Source: an uncultured Burkholderiaceae bacterium (GTDB lineage Bacteria; Pseudomonadota; Gammaproteobacteria; Burkholderiales; Burkholderiaceae_A). Taken from it: a DNA stretch of 63,767 bases. The notes under the pieces are model-generated. The model was not told where the DNA came from. It worked only from the letters and a program-made list of their open reading frames with translations, and ran no database searches. The stretch's first letter is position 1. The number at the start of each line of letters is the position of its first letter. The stretch lies in assembly GCA_964442225.1 (NCBI GenBank), contig CAYTWR010000008.1:1-63767 (forward strand). Reading direction: 5' to 3'. This document shows, in pieces, positions 22,040 to 35,258 of this stretch. The position numbers and the translations under genes are program-made.

Positions 22040-23004
22040 GCGCCCTCGCTTTCCTTGATGCGGGTCGCATTTTCATAAAAGCGCTGAAGATTTGGAAACT
22101 GTTCTGACAATAGTCTTGCGCCGTGTTCAAGCATGAAATAGCGAAAGGCCTCTGCAGCACTTGATAAATGTCGGTTGGCCAGCGCCACCACATGCCAGGC
22201 ACGCAGCACCGGCGTGTCTTCAATATCCAGCACCACCAGCTGGCCATGTTCAATTTCAAGGCCTACCGTGTGTAGAGAAACGAATGAAATGCCAAGCCCC
22301 GCAATCACGGCTTGCTTGATGGTTTCATTGCTCGACATTTCCATGGTGATATGCGGGTGCAGCTTGTGGCTTTCAATGTAGGCCTGCATGATGGCGCGAG
22401 TCCCTGAGCCGTTTTCCCTTGAAATAATCTCCTCAGAGTTCAAGGCATTGGCAGAAATTGCCGAGTGATTGGCAAGGGGGTGTTTCGGCCAGGCCACAAA
22501 GGCGTGTGGGTGGTGGGCAAACACCTCGGCCCTTGTGTCCAAATGTTTTGGTGGCCTTCCCATGACAGCAAGATCAATCTCGCCATCTCGCAAAAGCTCC
22601 AGCAGGCGATCTCGATTGCAGACATCAATCTTGATTTGAATGCCGGGGTGGTCTTGGCGAAACAGGCCCAGCATTTTGGGCACCGAATACTTTGCTGTGC
22701 TGACAATGCCAATGCGAAGCGTTCCCGTTTCCGCGCCTTTCAGCCGCTGCATCACGGCTTCGGCCTCGGCCAGAGTGGCCTGCACGCGCCGGGCAAACAT
22801 CCAAAAGTATTCGCCGGCGCTGGTGAGCTCGACTCGCCGTCCCACGCGAGAAAACAGCGGAGAGCCCACCTCATCCTCAAGCTCCTTGATTTGCATAGAG
22901 ACGGCAGGGGCCGTGAGATGCAGCTCCTCTGCCGCTCGCGCAAAGCTGCTGTGGCGAGCTGCCGATGAAAAAATTCGAATCTGTCGAAGGGTCAGGTTCC
23001 TCAT
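22036..23004 (-). CDS. cbbR: LysR-family regulator of the cbb operon
   Basis: LysR HTH (SFARAAEELHLTAPAVSMQIK), RENGSGTR, SNETIKQAVIAGLG; divergent from cbbL. Confidence 0.92.
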   Translation of the reverse strand: MRNLTLRQIRIFSSAARHSSFARAAEELHLTAPAVSMQIKELEDEVGSPLFSRVGRRVELTSAGEYFWMFARRVQATLAEAEAVMQRLKGAETGTLRIGIVSTAKYSVPKMLGLFRQDHPGIQIKIDVCNRDRLLELLRDGEIDLAVMGRPPKHLDTRAEVFAHHPHAFVAWPKHPLANHSAISANALNSEEIISRENGSGTRAIMQAYIESHKLHPHITMEMSSNETIKQAVIAGLGISFVSLHTVGLEIEHGQLVVLDIEDTPVLRAWHVVALANRHLSSAAEAFRYFMLEHGARLLSEQFPNLQRFYENATRIKESEGA

Positions 23005-23025
23005 AAGCCACGCTTACCGGTCGAT

Positions 23026-23038
23026 TCACTAATTGTGA
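23026..23038. promoter_or_regulatory. Putative CbbR site (T-N11-A)
   Basis: TCACTAATTGTGA = TNA-N7-TNA inverted repeat in the AT-rich cbbR-cbbL spacer. Confidence 0.55.
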
Positions 23039-23116
23039 CTTTATCTTAATAATCTTCAGTTCTAAAGTCCCTCTAGCGCCCATGGTTTTGGGCCACGATC
23101 ACCCTAAAGGAGATAA

Positions 23117-24604
<1,488 letters not shown>

Positions 24605-24633
24605 ACCCGACACGACGAACACGGAGAAACATC

Positions 24634-25056
24634 ATGAGAATTACTCAAGGCCAGTTTTCATTTCTTCCCGATTTGACCGACGAAGAGATTCGCAAGCAAG
24701 TGGATTACGCCATTAGCAAGGGCTGGGCGCTATCGGTCGAGTGGACCGACGACCCTCACCCCCGCAACACTTACTGGAATATGTGGGGCATTCCCATGTT
24801 TCAGATCAAAGATGGCGCAGCGGTGGTGTACGAATTAAACGCCTGTCGCAAGGCCAACCCCAATGTGTATATCAAGGTGAACGCTTTTGATAACACCCGC
24901 GGTATTGAATCCATGTGCATGAGTTTTATCGTGCAGCGCCCGCCCCACGAGCCTGGTTTTGGTCTGGTCCGCCAAGAGGCACAAAACCGCACCATTCGTT
25001 ACACCACGCATTCGTATGCAACCGACAAGCCTGCAGGTGAGCGTTACAGCGGCTAA
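24634..25056 (+). CDS. cbbS: RuBisCO small subunit, red-type
   Basis: [25 protein letters not shown]-terminal [10 protein letters not shown] extension. Confidence 0.97.
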   Translation: MRITQGQFSFLPDLTDEEIRKQVDYAISKGWALSVEWTDDPHPRNTYWNMWGIPMFQIKDGAAVVYELNACRKANPNVYIKVNAFDNTRGIESMCMSFIVQRPPHEPGFGLVRQEAQNRTIRYTTHSYATDKPAGERYSG

Positions 25057-25069
25057 GGGGGACTAAGCC

Positions 25070-25996
25070 ATGACCGATCAGCAAACAGTCCTGCCTCAGG
25101 AGTCTGCAGCGCTTCCAAGCGCTGTAGACTTAAACGCGATCCTGCAAGAGGCCAATGTGTTCGAGGTGCTTGACCAGCTCGACCGTGAGCTGATCGGCCT
25201 GGCTCCCGTAAAACAGCGCATCCGCGAGATTGCCTCATTTTTGGTGGTGAGCAAGGCCCGCGCCCAAATGGGCATTGAAGCCGAGACCCCGAGCCTGCAC
25301 ATGTGCTTTACCGGCAACCCCGGTACTGGCAAAACCACAGTGGCCATGCGCATGGCGGAGATTCTTCACCGCTTGGGGTATGTGCGCAAAGGCCATGTGG
25401 TGAGCGTGACGCGCGACGATCTTGTGGGCCAGTACATTGGTCACACCGCTCCCAAAACCAAGGAAGTCTTAAAAAAAGCGATGGGCGGCGTGTTGTTTAT
25501 CGATGAAGCCTATTACTTGTACCGGCCTGAAAACGAACGTGACTATGGCCAGGAGTCGATTGAGATTTTGCTTCAGGTCATGGAAAACAACCGTGATGAC
25601 CTGGTCGTGATTCTTGCAGGCTATAAAGATCGCATGGACACATTTTTTAAGTCCAACCCCGGAATGTCTTCGCGTATTGCTCACCATATTGATTTCCCCG
25701 ATTACACCGATGATGAGCTTTTGTTGATCGCCGACAAAATGGTGAATCAAATGCACTACGCCCTTGATTCGGGCGCGCGGGCGGCCATGAAGGAATACAT
25801 TGTCATGCGCAAGTCGCAGCCGCATTTTGCCAATGCGCGATCAATTCGCAACGCCTTGGACCGAGCGCGCCTGCGTCAGGCCAATCGGGTCTTTGCACTG
25901 GCCGCAAGGCCGGGCCATTTGGCCACACGCGAAGAGCTTTCCAGTATTTCAGAGCAAGACATTCGCGCCTCGCGAGTGTTTCAAGGAGGTCTATAA
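25070..25996 (+). CDS. cbbX: Red-type RuBisCO activase (AAA+)
   Basis: [31 protein letters not shown]. Confidence 0.96.
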   Translation: MTDQQTVLPQESAALPSAVDLNAILQEANVFEVLDQLDRELIGLAPVKQRIREIASFLVVSKARAQMGIEAETPSLHMCFTGNPGTGKTTVAMRMAEILHRLGYVRKGHVVSVTRDDLVGQYIGHTAPKTKEVLKKAMGGVLFIDEAYYLYRPENERDYGQESIEILLQVMENNRDDLVVILAGYKDRMDTFFKSNPGMSSRIAHHIDFPDYTDDELLLIADKMVNQMHYALDSGARAAMKEYIVMRKSQPHFANARSIRNALDRARLRQANRVFALAARPGHLATREELSSISEQDIRASRVFQGGL

Positions 25997-27058
25997 ATGC
26001 ATCTCGGGCGAACCACGCTTTCGAAATTTTTGATTCAACAGCTTGATGGCAGTGCAGAGTCACGCAGCCTTGCGGCGCTATTGGTGGATATTGCTTCCGC
26101 AGTCAAGGCTATCTCCGCCATGACGGCAAAAGGCGCATTGGCCGGTGTACTGGGCAGCCTGGAATCAGAAAATGTGCAAGGCGAAGTGCAAAAAAAATTG
26201 GATGTGCTCTCCAACGATGCCTTTGTGAATACCTTTACCTTGGGCGGCTTGGTGGCAGGCCTTGCGTCAGAAGAAATGGATGACCCGATCATTGCCGATG
26301 GGGCGCAAAACAAGAACTTTCTGGCGGTGTTCGATCCACTTGATGGGTCATCGAACATTGATGTGAATGTCTCGGTCGGCTCGATCTTTTCAGTGTTGCG
26401 CTCGCCTGCGGGCCGAGCGCCTGAGCCAAAAGATTTTTTGCAGGCTGGCCGCACTCAGCTCGCGGCAGGCTATGCGGTGTACGGGCCTTCGACCATGATG
26501 GTGATTACGGTGGGCAATGGCACCCACGGCTTTACCTTAGACCGCGAGGTGGGCAACTTTATTCTGACCCACCCCAATATTCGCGTGCCGCAAGACACCA
26601 GTGAGTTTGCCATTAACACCAGCAACGAACGGTTCTGGGAGCCTCCGGTGCAACGCTATGTGGCCGAGTGCAAGGCTGGCAAGACCGATGTGCGCGGCCG
26701 TGATTTCAATATGCGCTGGATTGCCAGCATGGTGGCCGAAGTGCACCGAATTCTGATGCGCGGCGGAATCTTCATGTACCCCAAAGACACGAAGGACCCC
26801 TCCAAGCCGGGCCGATTGCGGCTCATGTACGAAGCCAGCCCCATGGGCATGGTGGTGGAGCAGGCGGGTGGCCTGGCCTCAACTGGCCGTCAACGCATTC
26901 TTGATGTGGTGCCTGACACCGTGCACCAGCGCATTGGCGTGATTCTGGGCTCGAAAAACGAAGTGGAGCGCATTGAGCGTTATCACCATGAATACGATAC
27001 CGGCACCGATCAGAAATATTCCTCTCCCTTATTTAAAGAGAGATCGTTGTTTCAATAA
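25997..27058 (+). CDS. fbp: Class 1 fructose-1,6-/sedoheptulose-1,7-bisphosphatase
   Basis: [22 protein letters not shown]. Confidence 0.96.
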   Translation: MHLGRTTLSKFLIQQLDGSAESRSLAALLVDIASAVKAISAMTAKGALAGVLGSLESENVQGEVQKKLDVLSNDAFVNTFTLGGLVAGLASEEMDDPIIADGAQNKNFLAVFDPLDGSSNIDVNVSVGSIFSVLRSPAGRAPEPKDFLQAGRTQLAAGYAVYGPSTMMVITVGNGTHGFTLDREVGNFILTHPNIRVPQDTSEFAINTSNERFWEPPVQRYVAECKAGKTDVRGRDFNMRWIASMVAEVHRILMRGGIFMYPKDTKDPSKPGRLRLMYEASPMGMVVEQAGGLASTGRQRILDVVPDTVHQRIGVILGSKNEVERIERYHHEYDTGTDQKYSSPLFKERSLFQ

Positions 27059-27079
27059 ATAAAAAAAGCGAGGCCCCTC

Positions 27080-27952
27080 ATGTCTGTCAAACACCCGATT
27101 GTTGCGATTACTGGCTCTTCCGGCGCTGGCACCACCACCGTGATGAGCAGCTTCAAGCATATTTTTAGGCGCGATGGCATTAAGGCCCAGGTGCTCGAGG
27201 GCGACTCCATGCATCGTTACGACCGCATGGCCATGCGCGCCGAGATGAAAAAACAAATGGAGGCGGGCAACAGTAACTTTAGCCACTTTGGCCCCGAGGC
27301 GAACTTGCTGGCGGAACTTGCCGAGATTTTTAAAACCTTCGCTGCGACCGGAAAAGGCAAGGTGCGCAAGTATATTCACGACGATGCTGAGGCTGCCGAA
27401 TTCAAGCAAGACCCAGGCACCTTCACGCCTTGGCAAGACATGATGCCCGATGCGGATCTGCTGTTTTATGAAGGCCTGCACGGCGGCTATGTTGGGCCCG
27501 ATGCCAATGTGGCCCAGCATGTTGATTTGCTGGTGGGTGTGGTGCCCATTATCAATCTGGAGTGGATTCAAAAACTGCACCGTGACCAAAAAATGCGTGG
27601 CTACTCGCAAGAGGCAGTGGTCGACACCATTTTGCGCCGCATGCCCGATTACATTAACCACATTTGCCCGCAGTTTTCACGCACGCATGTGAATTTTCAG
27701 CGCGTGCCCACGGTGGACACTTCAAACCCGTTTATTGCGAAAGATATTCCCAGTCCTGATGAAAGCATGGTGGTGATTCGTTTTGCCAACCCCAAGGGCA
27801 TTGACTTTCCTTACCTGCTGTCCATGCTTAATGGCGCCATGATGACCCGGCCCAATACCCTGGTCATCCCCGGCGGCAAAATGGGCCTGGCCATGCAATT
27901 GATTTTCACGCCCATGATTCTTCGGCTCATGGACATGAAGCGGCGGGCGTAA
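27080..27952 (+). CDS. cbbP: Phosphoribulokinase
   Basis: ITGSSGAGTT, YEGLHG, RVPTVDTSNPF. Confidence 0.97.
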   Translation: MSVKHPIVAITGSSGAGTTTVMSSFKHIFRRDGIKAQVLEGDSMHRYDRMAMRAEMKKQMEAGNSNFSHFGPEANLLAELAEIFKTFAATGKGKVRKYIHDDAEAAEFKQDPGTFTPWQDMMPDADLLFYEGLHGGYVGPDANVAQHVDLLVGVVPIINLEWIQKLHRDQKMRGYSQEAVVDTILRRMPDYINHICPQFSRTHVNFQRVPTVDTSNPFIAKDIPSPDESMVVIRFANPKGIDFPYLLSMLNGAMMTRPNTLVIPGGKMGLAMQLIFTPMILRLMDMKRRA

Positions 27953-27953
27953 T

Positions 27954-28616
27954 ATGGCCTTGGTCATGTTTGATCTTGATGGCACGCTGTTCGACACGGC
28001 GGCCGAGATCGCCGATTCTGCAAACCGCACCTTGCACGATTACGGCTTGCCACAGGTCTCGCAAGATCAGGTGCGTGACTGGATTGGTTACGGCACGGGC
28101 TGGATGATGACCCAGGCGTGGACATCGGTGGCCGGCGCCCCCGATGAAAAGCGCTGGCCTGAAGTGATGAAAAAATTTATTGCGCATTACTTTGATTGCG
28201 CCGGCAGCAACAGCAAAGCGTACCCCGATGTGCTGGAGTCGCTGGAAGCGCTCAAGGCCTTGGGCGTCAAGCGCGCCATTGTCACCAACAAGGAAAGCCG
28301 GTTTACTGATCGTTTGCTGCAAGCCCACGGCTTGGCCAACGCATTTGACAAGGTGGTGAGCGGCGACACCTATGCTGTTAAAAAACCCGACCCAACCGTT
28401 ATTTACAATTGCATGTACGAGCTTGGCGCGGTGGGCCCAGAGTCCTTGTTTGTGGGCGATTCGTTTATTGATATGCAGACCGCGAAGGCGGCCAAAGTCA
28501 TGTGCTGGGCGGTGCCTTATGGCTACAACATGGGCAAGCCCATTGAAGAAGCCCAGCCGGATCGTATTGTTTTAACGATTAAAGAAGTGCCTGTTTATTT
28601 CAAGGGGATGCAATGA
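27954..28616 (+). CDS. cbbZ: Phosphoglycolate phosphatase (HAD)
   Basis: FDLDGTL, KKPDP, VGDS; cbb context. Confidence 0.85.
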   Translation: MALVMFDLDGTLFDTAAEIADSANRTLHDYGLPQVSQDQVRDWIGYGTGWMMTQAWTSVAGAPDEKRWPEVMKKFIAHYFDCAGSNSKAYPDVLESLEALKALGVKRAIVTNKESRFTDRLLQAHGLANAFDKVVSGDTYAVKKPDPTVIYNCMYELGAVGPESLFVGDSFIDMQTAKAAKVMCWAVPYGYNMGKPIEEAQPDRIVLTIKEVPVYFKGMQ

Positions 28617-29794
28617 AGTTTTTAAGAATGTCCGATTTGCCACTGAAGGGCAAACGGGTCTTGATTCGTGCTGATCTGAATGTGCCGCAAGACGACACGG
28701 GTGCGATTACCGATGACACGCGTATTCGTGCCTCGTTGCCGGCCATAGAAATGGCCTTAACGCAAGGCGCCGCAGTCATGGTGACCTCTCACCTGGGCCG
28801 CCCAACCGAAGGCGAGTTCAAGCCTGAAGATTCCTTGGCGCCCGTGGCTTTGCGCATTGCCCAGCTGCTTGAGCGCAAAGTGCCCTTGGTGCGCGACTGG
28901 GTCGAGGGCGGTTTTTCGGTGCAGCCTGGCGAAGTGGTGCTGCTTGAAAATTGTCGCTTGAATAAAGGCGAAAAGAAAAATGACGAAACCCTTGCGAAGA
29001 AAATCGCAGCACTGTGCGACGTCTATGTGAACGATGCTTTCGGCACTGCCCACCGGGCTGAGGCCACAACCCATGGCGTGGCAAAGTTTGCGCCGGTGGC
29101 CTGCGCTGGGCCCTTAATGGCCGCCGAGCTCGATGCGTTAGCGGCAGCCTTAGAAAACCCCAAGCGCCCCCTGGTGGCCATTGTTGCGGGCTCTAAAGTG
29201 TCGACCAAGCTCACCATTTTGAAGTCGCTCGCCTCGAAAGTGGATCAATTGATTGTGGGCGGCGGCATTGCCAACACCTTTATGGCGGCCAAGGGCCTGC
29301 CCATTGGCAAGTCGCTTGCAGAGCTCGATTTGCTGGATGAAGCCAAAGCGATTATGGACATGATGCAGTCGCGCGGCGCTGAAGTGCCCATCCCGGAAGA
29401 TGTCGTGGTGGCCAATGAATTTTCATCTCAAGCTCGTGCCAATAAGGTGGCTGCTGATCAAGTGGCTGCCGATGACATGATTCTGGATATCGGCCCCAAG
29501 ACTGCCGCAAAGCTTGCGTCGATTTTGTCGCGCGCGGGCACGATTGTGTGGAACGGCCCTGTGGGCGTGTTTGAAATCCCGCAATTTGCGGGCGGCACAA
29601 AAATGTTGGCAGCCGCCATTGCCCACTCCCCCGCATTTTCAATTGCTGGCGGTGGCGATACATTGGCTGCAATTGCCAAGTTCGATATTGCGCCTCAAAT
29701 TGGCTACATCTCCACGGGTGGCGGCGCGTTTCTGGAATTCTTGGAAGGCAAGGTGCTGCCCGCGGTAGAAGTTCTTCAAAGCCGCGGTGCATAA
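28613..29794 (+). CDS. pgk: Phosphoglycerate kinase
   Basis: [33 protein letters not shown]. Confidence 0.97.
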   Translation: MKFLRMSDLPLKGKRVLIRADLNVPQDDTGAITDDTRIRASLPAIEMALTQGAAVMVTSHLGRPTEGEFKPEDSLAPVALRIAQLLERKVPLVRDWVEGGFSVQPGEVVLLENCRLNKGEKKNDETLAKKIAALCDVYVNDAFGTAHRAEATTHGVAKFAPVACAGPLMAAELDALAAALENPKRPLVAIVAGSKVSTKLTILKSLASKVDQLIVGGGIANTFMAAKGLPIGKSLAELDLLDEAKAIMDMMQSRGAEVPIPEDVVVANEFSSQARANKVAADQVAADDMILDIGPKTAAKLASILSRAGTIVWNGPVGVFEIPQFAGGTKMLAAAIAHSPAFSIAGGGDTLAAIAKFDIAPQIGYISTGGGAFLEFLEGKVLPAVEVLQSRGA

Positions 29795-30482
29795 GCTGCT
29801 TGTAAACCGCACTGTGCTGTTCGATGTCGACGGCACGGTTGCAGAAACCGAGGGGCAGGGCCACTTGCCCGCGTTTAATGCAGCCTTTGCCGAGGCCGGC
29901 ATCGCCTGGCGGTGGACCGAGCAGGAATATGGCGAGCTTTTAAAGGTGACGGGCGGTTTTGAACGCATGATGGCCTACGCAGAAAAAGTGGGATACGCGG
30001 CGGCCTTTAGCGAAGCGGGCCAACAGCAGTTTCGCAAAATTCATCAACGCAAAAATGCGCTGTATGCCGAGCTTTTGGAAAATGGCGGTATTGTGCCGCG
30101 CAAAGGCTTTGTCGAGTTGGTGCAGGCCATTTGCGATCACGGTGGCCGCTGGGCCGTGGTCACCACCACCAGCCTGTCGAACTGGCAGGCACTGTGGCAG
30201 CATGCAATCGTGCGTGTTGCTGCCAAGCTGCCTGAGCCCGCGCTGATGGTGTGTGGCGAAGATGTCGCCAAGAAAAAACCCGACCCTGAGGCTTATGAAC
30301 TGGCCTTGCAGCGGCTTCGCTTGGATTCGAGCAATTGCGTGGCGATTGAAGATTCTCGAAACGGTTTGATTGCTGCGCGTGGTGCAGGCATTCGGACGGT
30401 GGTGGTGCGCAGTCAGTTTTTTGGCCACCAGGCGTTTCCCGAGGCGGAGTTGGTGGTTGATGAGTTGAGTGAATTAATTTAA
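29787..30482 (+). CDS. cbbY: CbbY-like HAD sugar phosphatase
   Basis: [33 protein letters not shown]. Confidence 0.85.
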   Translation: MHKLLVNRTVLFDVDGTVAETEGQGHLPAFNAAFAEAGIAWRWTEQEYGELLKVTGGFERMMAYAEKVGYAAAFSEAGQQQFRKIHQRKNALYAELLENGGIVPRKGFVELVQAICDHGGRWAVVTTTSLSNWQALWQHAIVRVAAKLPEPALMVCGEDVAKKKPDPEAYELALQRLRLDSSNCVAIEDSRNGLIAARGAGIRTVVVRSQFFGHQAFPEAELVVDELSELI

Positions 30483-30489
30483 CTCGTCA

Positions 30490-31851
30490 TCAAATCTCAG
30501 GCTGTCGCTTTCGGCGGCGGCTTAAAAACCAGAACAAAGTAACAGCAATCACCGGCACGGAGATCAAGCCCGCCACATCGGGGTCTACCGAAACGCCGAA
30601 TTGCCTTAGTCCTTTCGCAATATATTGCAGCAATCCAGTGGCGTAATAGGTCATGACAATGATTGACAAGCCTTCCACAGTTTGTTGCAACCGCAGCTGA
30701 AGCTTGGCGCGTCGATCCATGCTGGCCAGCAACGACTGCTGTTGGCTTTCATTCACAAACTCAATGCGTGTCTTCAGAATTTGAGTCGTGCGCGAAATAC
30801 GGTCCGATAAATCGCGTAGCCTGCGCACGGTCCAGCGGCAGGTGCGCATGGCGGGCTCAAACCGGCGATCCATAAAGGTATTGAGCATTTGCACGCCGGG
30901 AATTGTGGTTTCATGCATTTCGTTTAAGGCGCGCTTGACCAGCTCGTAGTAGGCTTCGGCCGCGGTAAAGCGCAGGCCATTGGCCGACATCCATCCTTCC
31001 ACCCGGGCAGCAAGCGCTGACACATCGCCAAGCAGCTGGGCATCAACACTTAAGTCGATCGCCGTTTCTTTTTGGGCCTTTGCAATCTTTTCTGAGACTT
31101 TGGCCAGTTCAAGCTCTGCAGTGCGCAACGGCTCTGCCAGGCCTTTGGCGCTGGGCAGCGCCAACAGCGCCATCATTCGATAGGTTTCAATTTCGATGAG
31201 CCGTTGAACAGCACGGCCCAACTGGCGACTGCCGCCTTTTTCGCTGCGAAGTACGATTTGAATAAAGCCCGCTTCATCGAGTTGTAGGTCAGTCCATAGC
31301 TGAACATTTTGGTTGGAGGTGATCTGGCTGCCCACAACCGTGTTATTGCGAAAGCGCTTGGCTACCTCAAACGCATCGGCGTACAGGGGGGCTTGCTCCA
31401 ACACAATGTCAATGGCCGCCAGTCGCTGTCCCGGCAGCGCGACAAGGCCTGGCACCTGGAAATGTTCAAGCGCCGCGGACACTTTTCCAAGGGCCTCGGC
31501 GCGCGTATCAAATTGTTGCGCACTGGCCTGCTGCGCAAACACCGTGACACTCACGAACTCGCCATGCATTTCCCATTTCAGCAGGGTTCGGGCGGGCTCA
31601 GGCGATATTTCAAGCACACGAATCGACGCGTCGTTTGCCGATCCTTGACGAATCGGAAAATGGCCGCTTGCACGATTGATCCAATCGATTTGCTGTCGGC
31701 GGCTTGTGGCATCTAATAAAAACGCTTGACTAATCACGCGCTCATTGGGCCAAAGCGCCAAGGGCGGCCGTGCATGAATTTCGTGATGCAAGGCATAGCG
31801 TTGCGGGTGGTCGGCGCGAAGGTCTTGGGTCATGAGCGAAGAGTCTGCCAA
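30490..31851 (-). CDS. DUF3422-family membrane-anchored protein
   Basis: EIHARP, WEMHGEF, GRAVQRLIEIETYRMMALLALP, LQLRLQQTVEGLS, two C-terminal TM helices; start may be 31833. Confidence 0.85.
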   Translation of the reverse strand: MADSSLMTQDLRADHPQRYALHHEIHARPPLALWPNERVISQAFLLDATSRRQQIDWINRASGHFPIRQGSANDASIRVLEISPEPARTLLKWEMHGEFVSVTVFAQQASAQQFDTRAEALGKVSAALEHFQVPGLVALPGQRLAAIDIVLEQAPLYADAFEVAKRFRNNTVVGSQITSNQNVQLWTDLQLDEAGFIQIVLRSEKGGSRQLGRAVQRLIEIETYRMMALLALPSAKGLAEPLRTAELELAKVSEKIAKAQKETAIDLSVDAQLLGDVSALAARVEGWMSANGLRFTAAEAYYELVKRALNEMHETTIPGVQMLNTFMDRRFEPAMRTCRWTVRRLRDLSDRISRTTQILKTRIEFVNESQQQSLLASMDRRAKLQLRLQQTVEGLSIIVMTYYATGLLQYIAKGLRQFGVSVDPDVAGLISVPVIAVTLFWFLSRRRKRQPEI

Positions 31852-32252
31852 TAAGTTTGGGCGGCCTTGATCCGGTCCTCCAGGTAAGCCGCATAGAAAT
31901 CAGGTGAAGCGTAACCGATTAGGGGCTCGCCAATCGGTGATGCGGTTTCGTTGAGCAAGGCCAGTGTGGGCATGACTCGAAACCCGAACTGGGCCGCCCA
32001 CTGGCGGGCCGTTTTTTTGCTGCGATCAGGAAGGGTAAAGACGGCGTTTGAGTCTGCGTTGAACTCCACAATTCGTAAGGTCGGGGCCATTGCCGCACGC
32101 ATGCGCGGAAGCAGCTGCTCCTTTTTAACCGCTACGCACCAGGGGCAGCGGTCTGAGCTGTAAAGGCCTGCTACCAAAATCTGACCACTGCGGGCCTTTC
32201 GTAATAAGGCGAGCAGTTCGGAAGGGGGGGCGAAAGCCACTGGAGGAGTCAT
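31830..32252 (-). CDS. Thioredoxin-like protein (SoxS/SoxW-like)
   Basis: CPWC motif, MPTL cis-Pro loop, LIGY; divergent from soxR. Confidence 0.75.
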   Translation of the reverse strand: MTPPVAFAPPSELLALLRKARSGQILVAGLYSSDRCPWCVAVKKEQLLPRMRAAMAPTLRIVEFNADSNAVFTLPDRSKKTARQWAAQFGFRVMPTLALLNETASPIGEPLIGYASPDFYAAYLEDRIKAAQTYWQTLRS

Positions 32253-32301
32253 GGGTTGATGAGCGTCGGATTGGGTTGCTGCGTTGCGTCAGATGAAATA
32301 G

Positions 32302-32330
32302 TTGACTATATGCCGTTAGAAGAATATTGT
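32302..32330 (+). promoter_or_regulatory. Putative sigma70 promoter for soxR/sox operon
   Basis: TTGACT-17 bp-TATTGT, ending 11 nt before ATG 32342. Confidence 0.5.
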
Positions 32331-32341
32331 ACGCAATCAGT

Positions 32342-32710
32342 ATGAACGCAGCCCAAACATTTACCACTTCATCCCTGTTCGAGCAGGGCGCCAACCCTGC
32401 CATCGCCAAGGGCGAAAAGGCAGGCGAAATGTCTCAGGTGTTTGAAAAGGCCGCAGAGTATTTCACATTGCTCTCCGAGCCCTCGCGTCTGCGTATCTTG
32501 CAGGCGATTTGTTACGAGGAGCGTTCTGTTCAGGAGGTGGTGGACTGTACGGGCCTGCCGCAGCCCAATGTGTCGCGGCATTTGGCCTTATTGCACCGCT
32601 CGGGTGTGCTTTCTCGCAGACGGTCAGGCACCTCGGTGTTTTACAGAGTGAGTGACGCCACGATCACTGAATTATGTCGATTGGTGTGTGTGAGAATGAG
32701 CAGCGCCTAA
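32342..32710 (+). CDS. soxR: ArsR/SmtB-family repressor of sox genes
   Basis: LSEPSRLRIL, QPNVSRHLALL, VFYRV; immediately upstream of soxC. Confidence 0.8.
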   Translation: MNAAQTFTTSSLFEQGANPAIAKGEKAGEMSQVFEKAAEYFTLLSEPSRLRILQAICYEERSVQEVVDCTGLPQPNVSRHLALLHRSGVLSRRRSGTSVFYRVSDATITELCRLVCVRMSSA

Positions 32711-32783
32711 TGATTGAAGTTGCCAGAAAATAAAAGCGCTTAGCGCAAAACAGGTTTTTTAATTCAACGCTGGGGAGGGTTGA

Positions 32784-34139
32784 ATGGCTAGTGAAGTAAA
32801 GAAATCCGGCCGCATTATCAAGGCACCGGAAAACTTCCTTGCAAAGGAAGATGCAAAGTCGCCCGAACTCATGCGGCGAAAGTTTCTCACTGCCTCCGTG
32901 GGCTCGGCGGCTGCCTCCATGGCTGCGTTGGGCCTTGCGGCTGGCGCACATTCGGTGCAGGCAGCCGTGGGCGAGGGCGATCCCAATATTTTGAATTTGC
33001 CAGAGCACACCAAAGGTTTGGGCCTGCCGGTTGCGGCCAACCCCTATGGCGTGCCTTCAAAATTTGAAGCGGGCTTGCAGCGTCGGGAGTCTCCGGGATT
33101 AACGCGGGTCTCGGCTGCGTCGGTGGCGTTTACGCCTTTGCAAGGCACCTTCGGAATCATTACGCCCAGTGGTCTGCACTTTGAGCGGCACCACCAGGGC
33201 TGGTGGGATATCGACCCCAGCAAGCATCGACTCATGGTGATGGGCCTGGTGAAAAACCCCAAGGTCTACACCATGGACGACATCATGCGCCTGCCGTCGG
33301 TGTCGCGTATTCATTTCATTGAGTGTGGCGCCAACACCGCCATGGAGTGGGGTAATGTGGCAGTGCCCACGGTGCAGTATTCACACGGCATGGTTTCGTG
33401 CAGCGAATTCACCGGCGTGCCCTTGTCCGTGCTGCTAGAAGACTGCGGCATTGACCTTAAAAAGGCGAAATATATTCTGGGCGAGGGCGCCGATGGCTCC
33501 TCCATGACCCGAACCATTCCCCTGGATCGTGCGCTCGATGATGTGATCGTGGCCTATGGCATGAATGGCGAGATGTTGCGGCCTGAAAACGGCTACCCCT
33601 TGCGTTTGGTGGTGCCTGGCATCCAGGGGGTTTCCTGGGTGAAGTGGTTGCGTCGCATTGAAGTCGGCGACATGAAGTGGGCCGCAAAAGACGAGGCCAT
33701 TCACTACATTGATCTCATGCCCGATGGTCTGCACCGTCAGTACTCGGGAATTCAAGAAGCCAAGTCGGTGATCACCACGCCCTCTGGAGGGCAGACTTTG
33801 CTCGATAAAGGTTTTTACAACATCAGTGGTCTCGCCTGGTCGGGCCGCGGCAAGGTCAAGCGTGTGGATGTCTCGGTCGATGGGGGCCGTAACTGGCGCA
33901 CAGCGCGGCTCGAAGGGCCGATCTTGCCCAAGGCGTTTACGCGTTTCAATATCGATTGGGTCTGGGATGGAAGCCCGGCCGTGTTGCAGTCCCGTGTGCA
34001 AGACGACACGGGTTATGTGCAACCCAAGATCAATCAGCTGCGAGCCGTGCGTGGTACGCGCTCGATTTATCACCAAAACGCGATCCAATCGTGGAAAGTC
34101 GCTGAGACCGGGGAGGTGAGCAATGTCCAGGTTTACTAA
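32784..34139 (+). CDS. soxC: Sulfane dehydrogenase molybdoprotein
   Basis: Tat RRKFL, ITPSGLHFERHH, IECGAN, GYPLRLVVPG. Confidence 0.96.
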   Translation: MASEVKKSGRIIKAPENFLAKEDAKSPELMRRKFLTASVGSAAASMAALGLAAGAHSVQAAVGEGDPNILNLPEHTKGLGLPVAANPYGVPSKFEAGLQRRESPGLTRVSAASVAFTPLQGTFGIITPSGLHFERHHQGWWDIDPSKHRLMVMGLVKNPKVYTMDDIMRLPSVSRIHFIECGANTAMEWGNVAVPTVQYSHGMVSCSEFTGVPLSVLLEDCGIDLKKAKYILGEGADGSSMTRTIPLDRALDDVIVAYGMNGEMLRPENGYPLRLVVPGIQGVSWVKWLRRIEVGDMKWAAKDEAIHYIDLMPDGLHRQYSGIQEAKSVITTPSGGQTLLDKGFYNISGLAWSGRGKVKRVDVSVDGGRNWRTARLEGPILPKAFTRFNIDWVWDGSPAVLQSRVQDDTGYVQPKINQLRAVRGTRSIYHQNAIQSWKVAETGEVSNVQVY

Positions 34140-35220
34140 ATCGTTGCAGCTCGCTGTCGTATCGGCTGCATTGGTGGCCACATCGGCCTGGGCGCAATCG
34201 GCCAAGCCCTCTTTTGCAGGAATTGGCCGCGCTGCGACTCCAGCAGAAATTAAAGCCTGGGATATTGATGTGCGTCCCGATTTCAAAGGGCTCCCCCCGG
34301 GTTCGGGCTCTGTGGACAAGGGCTTGAATGTTTGGGAGGCCAAGTGCGCTTCGTGTCACGGTGTGTTTGGTGAGAGCACCGAAGTGTTTACGCCGATTGT
34401 TGGTGGTACCACGAAAAAGGACATTGAAACGGGCCGGGTTGCAAATCTCACGCGCCTTGATTTTCCCCAGCGCACCACCATGATGAAAGTGGCCACGGTC
34501 TCGACGCTGTGGGATTACATCAACCGTGCCATGCCATGGACACATCCCAAGTCTCTGACCACCGATGAAGTGTATGGTGTTGTGGCGTATATCTTGAGCT
34601 TGGCTGAAGTCGTACCCGATGATTTTGTCTTGTCCGACAAAAATATTGCCGATGTGCAAAAGCGTATGCCCAATCGCAATGGCATGACAACCAATCACGC
34701 ACTCTGGGATGTCAAAGCCAAGCCCGATGTCACCGGCACCTTGTGCATGAAAAACTGCCCCATGGAACTTGAAAAAGTGGCCTCGACACTGCCCGAGTCG
34801 GCACGCGATGCCCATGGCAACTTGGCGGAGCAGTACCGCCCGATTGGACCTTCGCGCGGTGTTGACACCTCCAAGCCCGCAGTGCCGGGCCCGGGTTCGG
34901 CCGCACCGGCCGCAGCACCGACGGTGGTTGCAGCTGCAAGCCCTGCCAAGGCAGCCGATGCCGGCCTAAGCGGTGCCGACATTGCCAAGCGTTACAACTG
35001 CACGGCCTGCCATGCGCCCGCCGCGAAAATGGTGGGTCCGGCGTGGAATGACATTGCCAAGAAGTATGCAGGCGATGCCAAAGCACCAGCCATGCTGGCA
35101 GAGAAAGTCAGAAAAGGTGGGGCCGGGGTATGGGGGCCAATCCCAATGCCTGCAAACCCCAATGTGAAAGACAATGAACTCACTGCCGTTGTGCAGTGGG
35201 TTCTTGGCGGTGCCAAGTAA
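34123..35220 (+). CDS. soxD: Sulfane dehydrogenase diheme cytochrome c
   Basis: AWDIDVRPDF, CASCH, YINRAMP, Pro/Ala linker, second heme CTACH. Confidence 0.93.
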   Translation: MSRFTKSLQLAVVSAALVATSAWAQSAKPSFAGIGRAATPAEIKAWDIDVRPDFKGLPPGSGSVDKGLNVWEAKCASCHGVFGESTEVFTPIVGGTTKKDIETGRVANLTRLDFPQRTTMMKVATVSTLWDYINRAMPWTHPKSLTTDEVYGVVAYILSLAEVVPDDFVLSDKNIADVQKRMPNRNGMTTNHALWDVKAKPDVTGTLCMKNCPMELEKVASTLPESARDAHGNLAEQYRPIGPSRGVDTSKPAVPGPGSAAPAAAPTVVAAASPAKAADAGLSGADIAKRYNCTACHAPAAKMVGPAWNDIAKKYAGDAKAPAMLAEKVRKGGAGVWGPIPMPANPNVKDNELTAVVQWVLGGAK

Positions 35221-35258
35221 CCACTCGGCATTGATTTTTGAAAGAGGAGAAAGTCGAT

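Noticed and set aside
34870-34970. Low-complexity Pro/Ala-rich stretch in soxD
   Set aside because: Ordinary linker between the two cytochrome domains
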